Assembly: GCA_963675915.1 (NCBI GenBank)
Contig: OY780959.1
Span: 750,001 to 782,000, forward strand
Source of the DNA: Coprobacillaceae bacterium
GTDB lineage: Bacteria > Bacillota_I > Bacilli_A > Erysipelotrichales > Coprobacillaceae
Direction of reading: 5' to 3'
DNA length: 32,000 nucleotides
Position 1 is the stretch's first letter. Every line of letters starts with the position of its first letter. The notes below the pieces were generated by a model, which worked only from the letters and a program-made list of their open reading frames with translations, ran no database searches and was not told where the DNA came from. A program made the position numbers and the translations under genes. Of this stretch, positions 8,399 to 17,474 are shown in pieces.

Positions 8399-8438
8399 AA
8401 AACAACCTCAGTTTCCAAATCGAAGCTGAGGTTGTTTT
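8399..8438. terminator. Long bidirectional hairpin terminator
   Basis: 13-bp stem AAAACAACCTCAG / CTGAGGTTGTTTT with A/T runs on both sides, so it reads as a terminator for either strand. Confidence 0.65.
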
Positions 8439-8446
8439 GCTTATCC

Positions 8447-8608
8447 TTAGTCTATCTTTCGTGACAAGATCGAGTAGAGCTGATTGCCCACAAGGTCCAT
8501 AAGGGGGGGAATCAAATCGAGAGTTGAGATTATGAAAATCCGAGGGCCGACATAACCGAGTAAAAAGAACACTATGGCGCCAAAAAAGAATAAAAGCCGG
8601 CCAATCAC
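8447..8608 (-). CDS. Possible small hydrophobic protein (53 aa from GTG; frame is open for 69 codons)
   Basis: The open frame 8447-8656 encodes ...FFIITVIGRLLFFFGAIVFFLLGYVGPRIFIISTLDLIPPLMDLVGNQLYSILSRKID*. It has no ATG, and GTG 8608 has only a weak, distant AGGGA. It is bounded by a promoter-like site and a terminator. It could instead be a non-coding RNA. Confidence 0.25.
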   Translation of the reverse strand: MIGRLLFFFGAIVFFLLGYVGPRIFIISTLDLIPPLMDLVGNQLYSILSRKID

Positions 8609-8730
8609 AGTGATAATGAAAAATTCCCTGAGATTATTGAAGTCGGGCTGGAGTATCTAATTAAATCATATTCCTATTGTCGAATCTGGTCAATCTATCA
8701 AGAGAAAAGCTAACTGACAGAATTTTTGGC

Positions 8731-8760
8731 AAAAGAAAAAGGCCAGCGGATTCGCTAGCC
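8731..8760 (-). terminator. Intrinsic terminator overlapping the plsY stop codon
   Basis: On the minus strand, GGCTAGCG-AATC-CGCTGGCC (7 of 8 pairs) is followed by TTTTTCTTTT. Confidence 0.55.
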
Positions 8761-9357
8761 AAGGTATGTAACTTTAGATTCAGTATGGTTGAGCAGCCTT
8801 TTGATGTTGGCGTGATGACGGTAGATCAACAAAAGCATCACTGCAATGTTGCAGAATTTCCCGACAATCGAGATATCCATGAAGAAGGTACAGACAATCA
8901 TGTATGAAGCTGCCGCAATTGAAGACAAAGACACGTATTTGGTTTTGTAAAGTACGCCACCAAAAATCAACGCTCCCACCGGTACGTATGGCAGGGCATA
9001 TGCAAATGTCAGCCCGACTGCAGTGGATACCGCTTTTCCGCCTTTGAATTTGGCGAAAATCGGATAACAGTGACCGATTACACAAGCCACTCCGGCCAAG
9101 TATTTCAGTTCGCTGTAAAGGTTGAACCGATTGGCCAAATATCCCGCCACCAAGGCCGAAACCAAGGCTTTAGAAGCATCGAGGAAAATTACCAGGACAC
9201 CGATTTTTTTACCGAGAACCCGCCCGGCATTGGTACCGCCCAAGTTTCCTGAACCGTAGTTGCGGACATCTTTTTTGAAGAAGACTTTTCCAATCACCAA
9301 AGCAAAAGAAACCGACCCATATAAATAAGCTAAAAGTATTATTACTATTTCTATCAT
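8755..9357 (-). CDS. plsY: Glycerol-3-phosphate acyltransferase PlsY
   Basis: Contains the GSGNLGGTNAGR signature in a multi-TM protein and lies next to parE-parC as in many Firmicutes. The start was moved to ATG 9357 (MIEIVIILLAYLYGS...) rather than the track's TTG at 9375. Confidence 0.9.
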   Translation of the reverse strand: MIEIVIILLAYLYGSVSFALVIGKVFFKKDVRNYGSGNLGGTNAGRVLGKKIGVLVIFLDASKALVSALVAGYLANRFNLYSELKYLAGVACVIGHCYPIFAKFKGGKAVSTAVGLTFAYALPYVPVGALIFGGVLYKTKYVSLSSIAAASYMIVCTFFMDISIVGKFCNIAVMLLLIYRHHANIKRLLNHTESKVTYLG

Positions 9358-9374
9358 TTTATCACCCAATGACA

Positions 9375-9402
9375 ATTATAGCGAAAACTGTTATAATTGC
9401 AA
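9375..9402 (-). promoter_or_regulatory. Candidate sigma-A promoter for plsY
   Basis: On the minus strand: TTGCAA (9402-9397), 16-nt spacer, TATAAT (9380-9375). Confidence 0.45.
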
Positions 9403-9409
9403 ATACCTT

Positions 9410-9438
9410 TTGCAAAAGGGCCTGGTTTTTTATATAAT
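9410..9438 (+). promoter_or_regulatory. Candidate sigma-A promoter for the parE operon
   Basis: TTGCAA (9410-9415), 17-nt spacer, TATAAT (9433-9438), about 25 nt upstream of the parE start. Confidence 0.55.
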
Positions 9439-9462
9439 ATATTAGTTAAGGAGTGTGATTTC

Positions 9463-11403
9463 GTGGTAGCTAATCGTTATGATGAATCGAATATTCAGAT
9501 CTTAGAAGGATTGGAAGCTGTCCGTAAGCGTCCCGGTATGTACATCGGGTCTACTGACGTGTATGGTCTTCATCATCTGGTCTGGGAAATTGTCGATAAT
9601 GCGATAGATGAGGCTTTATCCGGTTATGGAAAAGAAATAATCGTAAATATAAATAAGGATGGCAGTGTTACTGTCCAGGATTTCGGTAGGGGAATGCCTA
9701 CGGGAATGCATGCCAGTGGACGTCCGACTTTGGAGGTCATTTTAACTGTTCTCCATGCAGGGGGTAAATTCTCTGAAGATGGAGGTTACAAGACCTCAGG
9801 AGGACTCCATGGGGTTGGTTCATCGGTGGTGAACGCCCTGTCAAAAAAATTGGAAGTGACTGTCAACCGTGACGGTAAGATCTTTCATCAGGTTTTTAAA
9901 AACGGAGGAAGTGAAGTAGGGAAACTCGAAGTTGTCGGAACCACCAAGAGCACCGGAACGACCGTGACATTCTGGCCGGATCCGGAAATTTTCTCGACCA
10001 CCAACTTCAATTATTCGACGATCAAAGAAAGGCTTCGCGAGAGTGCGTTCCTTTTGAATGGAATCAAGATTGCGGTCAATGACCTTAAAAACGACAAAGC
10101 AGTCGTCTATCAGTATGATCAAGGACTCAAGGAGTTCATCAATTATCTCAATTTTGACAAGACTGCAGTCAGTGATATCATTTATCTTGAAGGCACAGCC
10201 GATGAGATTGAAGTCGAATGTGCCCTGCAGTTCACCAGTGGATTCCAGGAGAACACCCTGGGGTTTGTCAATCTGGTAAGAACGCCAGAAGGGGGAACCC
10301 ATATCACCGGATTGCGTTCAGGACTGACCAAAACCTTCAATGAATTTGCCCGAAGTTTCAATATCATCAAGGAAAAAGACAAAAACCTTGAAGGTAACGA
10401 TATCCGAGAAGGTCTGACTTGTGTCATTTCATTGAAAGTACCTGAACATCTTTTGCAGTTCGAGGGTCAAACCAAATCGAAACTGGGAACATCCCAGGCC
10501 CGGGTTGTGGTTGAAAACATCATCAGTGAAAAACTTTATTTCTATCTCCAGGAAAACAGCGAGGTTGCCAACGAACTGATTGAGAAGGTTCAAAAAGCAG
10601 CCAAAGCCCGTGAAGCGGCCCGCAAGGCTCGTGAAGCGGCGCGAAAAGGCAAAAACCGGCGAAATGAACGAATTCTTTCAGGTAAACTGGCTCCAGCCCA
10701 ATCGAAAGATTCCAAGAAAAAAGAATTGTACATCGTCGAAGGGGATTCAGCCGGCGGTAGTGCCAAACAGGGCCGTGACCGGAAATATCAGGCGATCCTG
10801 CCTCTTAGAGGTAAGGTAATCAACACAGAAAAAACCGGAATGGAAGAAGTTTTGAAAAATGAGATTTTCGGAACGATGATCACAACAATCGGAGCTGGAG
10901 TCGGAAGCGACTTCAATATCAAGGATTGCAATTACGATAAAATCATCATCATGACCGATGCCGATACCGATGGAGCTCATATCCAGGTATTGCTGCTGAC
11001 GTTCTTCTATCGCTACATGCGTGAGCTTTACAACGCCGGAAAGATTTATATCGCTTTGCCGCCGCTTTACAAAGTGTCGAAAAAGTCCGGTTCCAAAGAA
11101 GAAGTGGTTTACTGTTATGAAGATGAGGAACTTGAGGCGGCCAAAAAACAATTCGGCCGTGGATACTATATCCAGCGTTACAAAGGACTTGGGGAAATGA
11201 ATGCCGAACAGCTTTGGGATACAACCATGAATCCTGAAAATCGGACTTTGATCCAGGTCAATATCGAAGATGCCGCCCTGGTGGAACGGAGAGTATCGGT
11301 TCTGATGGGAGAAAAAGTAGCTCCAAGAAGGGAATGGATTGAGGAAAACGTTCAATTCTCCCTTGAAGATGATTACTTAAGCGAGGTGTCAAATGGAAGA
11401 TAA
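9463..11403 (+). CDS. parE: DNA topoisomerase IV subunit B (ParE)
   Basis: GHKL ATPase motifs (LEAVRKRPGMYIGS, LHHLVWEIVDNAIDE, GLHGVG) and Toprim motifs (ELYIVEGDSAGGSA, IMTDADTDGAHI). The GTG start at 9463 has AAGGAG 9 nt upstream. It is called ParE rather than GyrB because of plsY synteny and a partner that lacks a GyrA box. Confidence 0.9.
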   Translation: MVANRYDESNIQILEGLEAVRKRPGMYIGSTDVYGLHHLVWEIVDNAIDEALSGYGKEIIVNINKDGSVTVQDFGRGMPTGMHASGRPTLEVILTVLHAGGKFSEDGGYKTSGGLHGVGSSVVNALSKKLEVTVNRDGKIFHQVFKNGGSEVGKLEVVGTTKSTGTTVTFWPDPEIFSTTNFNYSTIKERLRESAFLLNGIKIAVNDLKNDKAVVYQYDQGLKEFINYLNFDKTAVSDIIYLEGTADEIEVECALQFTSGFQENTLGFVNLVRTPEGGTHITGLRSGLTKTFNEFARSFNIIKEKDKNLEGNDIREGLTCVISLKVPEHLLQFEGQTKSKLGTSQARVVVENIISEKLYFYLQENSEVANELIEKVQKAAKAREAARKAREAARKGKNRRNERILSGKLAPAQSKDSKKKELYIVEGDSAGGSAKQGRDRKYQAILPLRGKVINTEKTGMEEVLKNEIFGTMITTIGAGVGSDFNIKDCNYDKIIIMTDADTDGAHIQVLLLTFFYRYMRELYNAGKIYIALPPLYKVSKKSGSKEEVVYCYEDEELEAAKKQFGRGYYIQRYKGLGEMNAEQLWDTTMNPENRTLIQVNIEDAALVERRVSVLMGEKVAPRREWIEENVQFSLEDDYLSEVSNGR

Positions 11404-13933
11404 GAAAATAACCGTCAGTCTCGACAATATCATGTCGGACCGTTTCGGCAAGTATTCCAAATATATTATTCAAGAAAGAGCGTTGCCGGATGTCCGCGAC
11501 GGTCTAAAACCGGTACAGCGAAGAATTCTTTATTCGATGTACAAAGAAGGCAATACGGCTGCCAAACCGTACCGTAAATCGGCCAAAACAGTCGGTAACG
11601 TAATCGGTAACTACCATCCCCATGGGGATTCTTCGGTTTACGAAGCGATGACCCGTCTTTCCCAAGACTGGAAAATGGGAGCGATTTTGGTTGATATGCA
11701 AGGTAACAACGGTTCAATCGATAACGACCCGGCTGCGGCGATGCGTTATACCGAAGCTCGGCTTTCGCCACTGGCTGCGGAACTGTTGAATGATATCGAC
11801 AAGGAAACCGTTTTAATGGCGCTCAACTTCGATGACTCGGAGTATGAGCCGACGGTTCTGCCGGCCAGCTATCCAAATTTGCTGGTGAACGGTTCAACCG
11901 GGATTTCAGCCGGTTATGCCACCGATATCCCGCCTCACAACCTGAGTGAGGTAGTTGATGCGACTATCTATAAGATCAAGCACCCCAACTGCAGCCTTGA
12001 CAAACTGATGCATTTTATCAAAGGTCCGGATTTCCCGACCGGGGGAATCATCGAAGGGGTAGAAGGAATCAAACGTGCCTATCGCAAAGGTAAAGGCAAA
12101 ATCGTCTGCCGTGCCAAATGTGAGATCGTTGAACAAAAGAAAATCAACCAGATTGTCGTCAGTGAAATCCCATATGAGGTAAACAAAGCCGAACTGGTAC
12201 GTAAAATCGATGAAATCAATTATAACCGCGATGTTGAAGGAATCATCGAAGTCCGTGATGAGTCGGACCGTAATGGTCTTCGGATCGTCATCGATCTAAG
12301 CAAGGACATCGATGCCAACAATACGCTGAATTATTTCTACAAGAATACCGATTTGCAAAAAAACTATAATTTCAATATGGTTGCCATCAAGAACAAACGT
12401 CCAGAACAGCTGGGGCTGATGGCGATGATCGAAGGATATATCGACCATCAGATCGATGTAATCACCAATCGTTCATTGTTTGATCTAAAAAAGGCCAAGA
12501 AACGTTATCATATCGTTGAAGGTCTGATCAAGGCAATTGATATTCTCGATGAAGTTGTCAGCGTCATCCGTCATTCTAAAAACAAAGGTGATGCCAAAGA
12601 AAACCTCAATGTCCGTTTCGGGTTCACGCCTGAACAGGCAGAGGCAATCGTAATGTTGCAACTTTACCGATTGACCAATACTGATATTACGACTTTGCAG
12701 GATGAAAAACAAAGTCTTGAAGATAACATCAAAGAATTGAATTCGATTCTTGATGATGACAACATTCTTCGAAAAGTAATCGTTGAAAAACTCAACGAAA
12801 TTAAGAAAAAATACGGTTTCAAACGCCGCAGTGAAATCAAAGAAGAGATTATGGAAGTCAAAATCGACAAAAAAGCGATGATTCTTGAAGAAGAAGTTTA
12901 CGTGTCGATTACCCGTGATGGTTATATCAAGCGGATTTCGCTACGTTCATTTGGAGCCAGCACCAACATTCCTTTTGGTAAAAAAGATGAGGATTATCTG
13001 GTCCGGCTGGAAAAGACTTCAACTTTGAAAACGATGCTGCTTTTCACCAATAAAGGTAATTATCTCTATGTCCCAATCCATTTGATCGAAGAGTTCAAGT
13101 GGAAAGATGTCGGAAAGCATATCAGCTACCTGATCAAGCTGGATGCCAGTGAACAGATTATCGACTCGATTGTTGTTGATGATTTCAACCGCGAATTGTT
13201 TGTTTTGGCGGCATCAAAAGGTGGAATGATCAAAAAGACCCCGCTTAAGGACTTCGAAGTGACTCGATTCTCGCGTCCGATCAAATCGATGAAACTCAAA
13301 AAAGGCGATGAAGTAGTTTCCATCAAACTGACTCCGGGCAATCTTGGGGTGGTCATCGTAACCAAAAACGGTTATTGTGGAGTCTACTCGGAAGAATTGG
13401 TTTCGCAAGTGGGACTCAAGACCGCCGGAATCAAATCAATCAATCTCAAGGATGATGAAGTGGTATCCTGCGATGTCTTCAATCCGATGATGAATCAGTC
13501 ATTGATGATTGTTACTGATGATGTAAGAGTCAAACGGATCAAACTCAATGATATCCCGACTACGACCAGAACTGCTAAGGGAAGCATGCTTTACAAAAAT
13601 CTCAAATCCAAAAACTTCACTGTTAACAAGGCTTTTGTCGTTGATTACAGCGATGAATTCATTGTCTACACAACTGAAGGGGAATATGAGAATGTCGTTA
13701 AGAATTATTCCAATTCCAACCTTGCTGCAAAACCATCGCAGCTGACCAAGAACAAAGAAGAGACCGTAGTGTTCGTTTATCTTGATCAGGATGTCAAAAC
13801 AAAATTCTATGATAATGTGATCTTGGATGATTACAGCGCCTGGTTCGCCAAGGAACAAAGCGGCGCCAACTCAAAAAATGATGAAGATTTCGAACAGTTG
13901 TCTTTGGATGACTTGTTGAATATGGAGGAATAA
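11393..13933 (+). CDS. parC: DNA topoisomerase IV subunit A (ParC)
   Basis: Contains ALPDVRDGLKPVQRRILYSM, HPHGDSSVYEAM and a catalytic-Tyr region (AAMRYTEARL). There is no QRRGGKG GyrA box after ITRDGYIKR. It overlaps parE by 11 nt. Confidence 0.9.
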   Translation: MEDKKITVSLDNIMSDRFGKYSKYIIQERALPDVRDGLKPVQRRILYSMYKEGNTAAKPYRKSAKTVGNVIGNYHPHGDSSVYEAMTRLSQDWKMGAILVDMQGNNGSIDNDPAAAMRYTEARLSPLAAELLNDIDKETVLMALNFDDSEYEPTVLPASYPNLLVNGSTGISAGYATDIPPHNLSEVVDATIYKIKHPNCSLDKLMHFIKGPDFPTGGIIEGVEGIKRAYRKGKGKIVCRAKCEIVEQKKINQIVVSEIPYEVNKAELVRKIDEINYNRDVEGIIEVRDESDRNGLRIVIDLSKDIDANNTLNYFYKNTDLQKNYNFNMVAIKNKRPEQLGLMAMIEGYIDHQIDVITNRSLFDLKKAKKRYHIVEGLIKAIDILDEVVSVIRHSKNKGDAKENLNVRFGFTPEQAEAIVMLQLYRLTNTDITTLQDEKQSLEDNIKELNSILDDDNILRKVIVEKLNEIKKKYGFKRRSEIKEEIMEVKIDKKAMILEEEVYVSITRDGYIKRISLRSFGASTNIPFGKKDEDYLVRLEKTSTLKTMLLFTNKGNYLYVPIHLIEEFKWKDVGKHISYLIKLDASEQIIDSIVVDDFNRELFVLAASKGGMIKKTPLKDFEVTRFSRPIKSMKLKKGDEVVSIKLTPGNLGVVIVTKNGYCGVYSEELVSQVGLKTAGIKSINLKDDEVVSCDVFNPMMNQSLMIVTDDVRVKRIKLNDIPTTTRTAKGSMLYKNLKSKNFTVNKAFVVDYSDEFIVYTTEGEYENVVKNYSNSNLAAKPSQLTKNKEETVVFVYLDQDVKTKFYDNVILDDYSAWFAKEQSGANSKNDEDFEQLSLDDLLNMEE

Positions 13934-13935
13934 AT

Positions 13936-15030
13936 TTGGATGAATTAAAATGTTATGGCTGTGGAGCGACAATCCAGACAACCGCTCCCGATGAAGTCGG
14001 GTATGTGCCGGAAAACGCCCTCAACCGGGAACATGTGCTGTGTCAGCGCTGTTTCAAAATGAAAAACTATCATAAACTGACCAAAACCAAGATGGAACGG
14101 GGAGATTTCTTCGAAATTTTGGATAATATCTCTCAAAATGACAATTTATACGTATATTTAGTGGATATTTTTGATTTTAATGGTAGTATGATTACAGGTT
14201 TGAACCGTCATCTTAACAGTGATGATGTAATTGTTATTGGAAACAAACGGGATGTTTTGCCCAGATCACTTAAAGACCGCAAAATCGAACATTGGATCCG
14301 CCGTCAGCTTCACAAGGAAGGAATCCGTTGTCTTGATGTCATTCTGGCTTCAGGAAAGACGAACTACCACCTTGACGAGGTTATTGAAAAGATCAACGCT
14401 TACCGCAAAAACCGCAATGTCTATGTGGTCGGGGTTACCAATGTCGGAAAATCTTCACTGATCAATGCCTTGTTGAAACATTATGCCAATGTTGACGAAC
14501 ATCTGATCACGACCAGCGAGTTCCCGGGAACAACACTGGGGGTGATTGAAATCGAACTTGATGAAAAATCAAGCCTGTTCGACACACCGGGTATTGTCAA
14601 TGAACATCAAATGGCCAATTTGGTTGAAATCGAGGATTTGCCAGTCATCGTCCCTAAAAGCGAATTGAAGCCGGTCAACTATCAGTTGAATACCGGACAG
14701 ACAATTTACTTTGGCGGATTGGCGCGAATTGATTATCTCAAAGGTCCCAAAACCCCATTTGTCTGTTATTTTCCAAGACAAATCAAACTTCACCGCACTA
14801 AAACAGAAAACGCCAGTCGCGTTTATCGCAACGATAATACCCTCGTCCCTAGAATCAAGGGGATTGAAACCGATAAGCAGATGCAGGTTTACACCTTCAA
14901 TCTTGACGGTTCGAAACAGGATATCGTTATTTCCGGCTTAGGTTTTATTACGGTTTCAAGCTCACAAGGCCAAGTCAAAGTCATGGTGCCACCGGGAATC
15001 GGTGTGTTTATCCGCGAGGCTTTAATCTAG
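13936..15030 (+). CDS. yqeH: Ribosome biogenesis GTPase YqeH (circularly permuted GTPase with N-terminal zinc finger)
   Basis: CYGCG...CQRCF zinc finger, then NKRD before GVTNVGKSSLIN (permuted G4-G1 order). The TTG start has GGAGG 6 nt upstream. Confidence 0.85.
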   Translation: MDELKCYGCGATIQTTAPDEVGYVPENALNREHVLCQRCFKMKNYHKLTKTKMERGDFFEILDNISQNDNLYVYLVDIFDFNGSMITGLNRHLNSDDVIVIGNKRDVLPRSLKDRKIEHWIRRQLHKEGIRCLDVILASGKTNYHLDEVIEKINAYRKNRNVYVVGVTNVGKSSLINALLKHYANVDEHLITTSEFPGTTLGVIEIELDEKSSLFDTPGIVNEHQMANLVEIEDLPVIVPKSELKPVNYQLNTGQTIYFGGLARIDYLKGPKTPFVCYFPRQIKLHRTKTENASRVYRNDNTLVPRIKGIETDKQMQVYTFNLDGSKQDIVISGLGFITVSSSQGQVKVMVPPGIGVFIREALI

Positions 15031-15041
15031 AAAGGATAATT

Positions 15042-15329
15042 ATGTTAACAGGAAAACAAAAAAGATATTTACGTTCGGTTGCCCACAACCTTAAACCGTT
15101 GTTTCAAATCGGTAAGGAAGGGATAACTGCAAACCAGATCGAAGCGATCGATGAATATCTTGAAAGAAAAGAATTATTGAAAATCAAGCTGTTGGAAACA
15201 TGTCCAGTCAGCAAAAACGAAGCTGCTATCGAATTAAGTGCCCAAACAAACAGTGATGTAGTGCAAATTCTGGGAAGAACGATTGTTCTATATCGTAAAT
15301 CTCCAGAAAAAATCTACAAACTTCCATGA
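15042..15329 (+). CDS. yhbY: YhbY/YqeI-type CRM-domain RNA-binding protein
   Basis: MLTGKQKRYLRSVAHNLKPLFQIGKEGIT...KIKLL...VQILGRTIVLYR is the typical YhbY pattern. Its position is the same as yqeI in B. subtilis. Confidence 0.85.
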   Translation: MLTGKQKRYLRSVAHNLKPLFQIGKEGITANQIEAIDEYLERKELLKIKLLETCPVSKNEAAIELSAQTNSDVVQILGRTIVLYRKSPEKIYKLP

Positions 15330-16423
15330 GAAAAATAGGGATTTTTGGCGGCAGCTTTGATCCAATCCATAAAAGCCATATCAAAGTAATCAAGAATTCG
15401 ATCAAACAGCTCGAACTTGATACTTTGCTGGTGATTCCAACCAAGGAAAATCCCTGGAAGGAAATGAGTTATGCTACAAGCGAGCAGAAAAAAGCGATGA
15501 TTGAAATCGCACTAAAAAAAATCAAGAAGGCAAAACTGGAAACCATCGAACTTGACAGTCCTCACAGCGGAAAGAATTTCACAATCGATACCATCAATCA
15601 GTTGAAGGAAAAATATCAGGACAGTGAATTCTATTTGATCATGGGAATGGATCAGGCCAGTGATTTCCATAAGTGGTATCAATGCGATTTGATTGCCCGC
15701 AAATGCCAACTGGTTTGTTTTGACCGGCTTGGTTATGAAACCAACCTCAATATCGATAAGTTCGACTTCATCACTCTTGATATCGAACCGACCAGTATTT
15801 CAAGCAGTGATGTGCGCGATGGCCATATCGAGTTTTTGCAAAAAAGCGTGCTTAGATACATATCGAAAGAGGGATTGTATCTCGATACAATGATCAAACC
15901 GCGGATGACCAAACGCCGCTACGAACATACTTTGTCGGTTGCCAAACTGGCAAAGGAAATCGCCATGGCCAATGGTCTTGACTCGAAGAAAGCATATATT
16001 GCTGCTATTCTTCATGATGTGACCAAAGAGTTGCCCCGGTCGATCGAAAAAGAAATAATGGAAAAAGAATACGCCGCCAAAATGAGCCTGCCTCATGTGG
16101 TCTGGCATCAATACAGCGGTGAATACATTGCCAGAGAAGAGTTTCTGGTAGAAGACAAGGAAGTGCTTCAGGCGATTCGCTATCATACCACTGCAGATGA
16201 AAACATGTCCAAACTGGATATGGTCATCTACGTGGCTGACAAGCTGGATCCATTGCGCGATTATGATTCAACAGCGCAAATCGAACTGGCCAAACAAGAT
16301 ATCGAAGCCGGATTCGCCAATTGTCTAAAAGATTTCTATGAATTTTCGAAACAGAAGAATCGAAAAATTGATAAGGTCTTTTTTGGAATATACAAAAAAT
16401 ATATAGGAGATTTTAATGAATAA
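15326..16423 (+). CDS. nadD: Fusion protein: nicotinate-nucleotide adenylyltransferase (NadD) + YqeK HD-domain hydrolase
   Basis: The N-terminal half has GIFGGSFDPIHKSH and ISSSDVR (NadD). The C-terminal half, from about residue 187, has RYEHTLSVAKLA...ILHDVTKE...AIRYHTT...YVADKLDP (YqeK/COG1713 HD domain). It is one uninterrupted frame. Confidence 0.85.
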   Translation: MRKIGIFGGSFDPIHKSHIKVIKNSIKQLELDTLLVIPTKENPWKEMSYATSEQKKAMIEIALKKIKKAKLETIELDSPHSGKNFTIDTINQLKEKYQDSEFYLIMGMDQASDFHKWYQCDLIARKCQLVCFDRLGYETNLNIDKFDFITLDIEPTSISSSDVRDGHIEFLQKSVLRYISKEGLYLDTMIKPRMTKRRYEHTLSVAKLAKEIAMANGLDSKKAYIAAILHDVTKELPRSIEKEIMEKEYAAKMSLPHVVWHQYSGEYIAREEFLVEDKEVLQAIRYHTTADENMSKLDMVIYVADKLDPLRDYDSTAQIELAKQDIEAGFANCLKDFYEFSKQKNRKIDKVFFGIYKKYIGDFNE

Positions 16424-16760
16424 ATTAGAAGTAATTGTTAAAGCTTTAGATGAGAAACTGGGATCGGATATTGTCGCAATCGACATGCGTGACGCTTCAC
16501 CGATTTATGATAATTTCGTGATTGTTTCAGCAAACAACGAACCGATGATGAATGCCATGGTTGACAATGTTGAAGACCGGGCAGCTGAAAACGGATTCTA
16601 TGTTAAAAGCAAAGAAGGTAAGAAAAAAAGCAAATGGATCCTGATGGATTTCGGTGATATCGTGGTTCATATCTTCGATAAAGACGAACGTGAGCTTTAC
16701 AATATTGAAAAACTGTGGGCAGATATGCCGCGCATTGATGTAGATGGGATGATCGACTAA
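16416..16760 (+). CDS. rsfS: Ribosome silencing factor RsfS
   Basis: KLGSDIVAIDMRD...DNFVIVSANN...WILMDFGDIVVHIFDKDERELYNIEKLW matches the RsfS/YqeL pattern. Confidence 0.9.
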   Translation: MNKLEVIVKALDEKLGSDIVAIDMRDASPIYDNFVIVSANNEPMMNAMVDNVEDRAAENGFYVKSKEGKKKSKWILMDFGDIVVHIFDKDERELYNIEKLWADMPRIDVDGMID

Positions 16761-17473
16761 TGTCTTACGAGAATTTTGCCTTCTATTATGATAGTCTGAT
16801 GGAAAATAAATTCTATAATGATTATTACCGCTTTATTTCGAAGCATGCTTCGTATGAAACGGTATTGGAACTGGGCTGCGGTACCGGTTCGATGGCTATC
16901 AAAATGGCTCGGGCTAAGAAAGTGGTTTATGCAACCGATTTGTCGGCTGATATGTTGGAAGTTGCCCGTCTCAAGGCGACCGAAGCCGATGTCGACTTGC
17001 TTTTAAAACGGATCGATATGCGTGATTTCAACGTGGATTTCCAGGTTGATCTGGTGACTTGTCTTTGTGATTCGTTGAACTATGTTTTAAAGAAAGATGA
17101 AGTACTCCAAGTATTCAAAAATGTTTATGCGTCGCTCGAAACTGGAGGAACTTTCATTTTCGACGTCGATTCGATGTATAAGATGGAACATATGATCAAC
17201 GACTATCATGAAACCCAAAGTGATGAAGAGTTTGATTTTTCCTGGGATACCAATTATCTTGGTGACGGAAAAGTTGAACACTTTGTCAAAATCTTCAATA
17301 AGGAAGATAATGAAAAGGTTGATGAGCATCATATCCAGAAAACCTTCCCCGTGGAAGTTTATCAGGACTTGCTTGAACAGGCCGGTTTCACAGATATCGA
17401 GATGTATAGTGATTTTGAAGAATACAAGGAAGAATGCGAAAGAGTTATCTTTGTTGTAAAAAAAGGAGAATAG
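16760..17473 (+). CDS. Class I SAM-dependent methyltransferase (YqeM-like)
   Basis: SAM-binding motif VLELGCGTGSMAI and the same position as yqeM in B. subtilis. Confidence 0.8.
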   Translation: MSYENFAFYYDSLMENKFYNDYYRFISKHASYETVLELGCGTGSMAIKMARAKKVVYATDLSADMLEVARLKATEADVDLLLKRIDMRDFNVDFQVDLVTCLCDSLNYVLKKDEVLQVFKNVYASLETGGTFIFDVDSMYKMEHMINDYHETQSDEEFDFSWDTNYLGDGKVEHFVKIFNKEDNEKVDEHHIQKTFPVEVYQDLLEQAGFTDIEMYSDFEEYKEECERVIFVVKKGE

Positions 17474-17474
17474 T

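Noticed and set aside
9397-9462. N-terminal extensions in the ORF track (parE from 9397, plsY from 9375, XRE from 20488, EIIB-1 from 21650, ACT from 22585, xerD from 29398, yneF from 7513, small membrane ORF from 4753)
   Set aside because: In each case a downstream start has a properly spaced Shine-Dalgarno sequence and matches the usual family N-terminus. The extensions would run through promoter elements or the IS end.
10606-10647. Tandem AREAARK-AREAARK repeat in ParE
   Set aside because: An (A/K)R(E)AARKAR basic helix is a normal feature of the GyrB/ParE linker before the Toprim domain. The duplication is in frame and unremarkable.
10747-11355. 202-aa minus-strand ORF (also 9841-10302 and 10949-11224) inside parE
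   Set aside because: It is entirely antisense to a highly conserved topoisomerase gene. It has no RBS or promoter signals and a low-complexity, unfamiliar translation. Long antisense frames are expected opposite genes with this codon bias.
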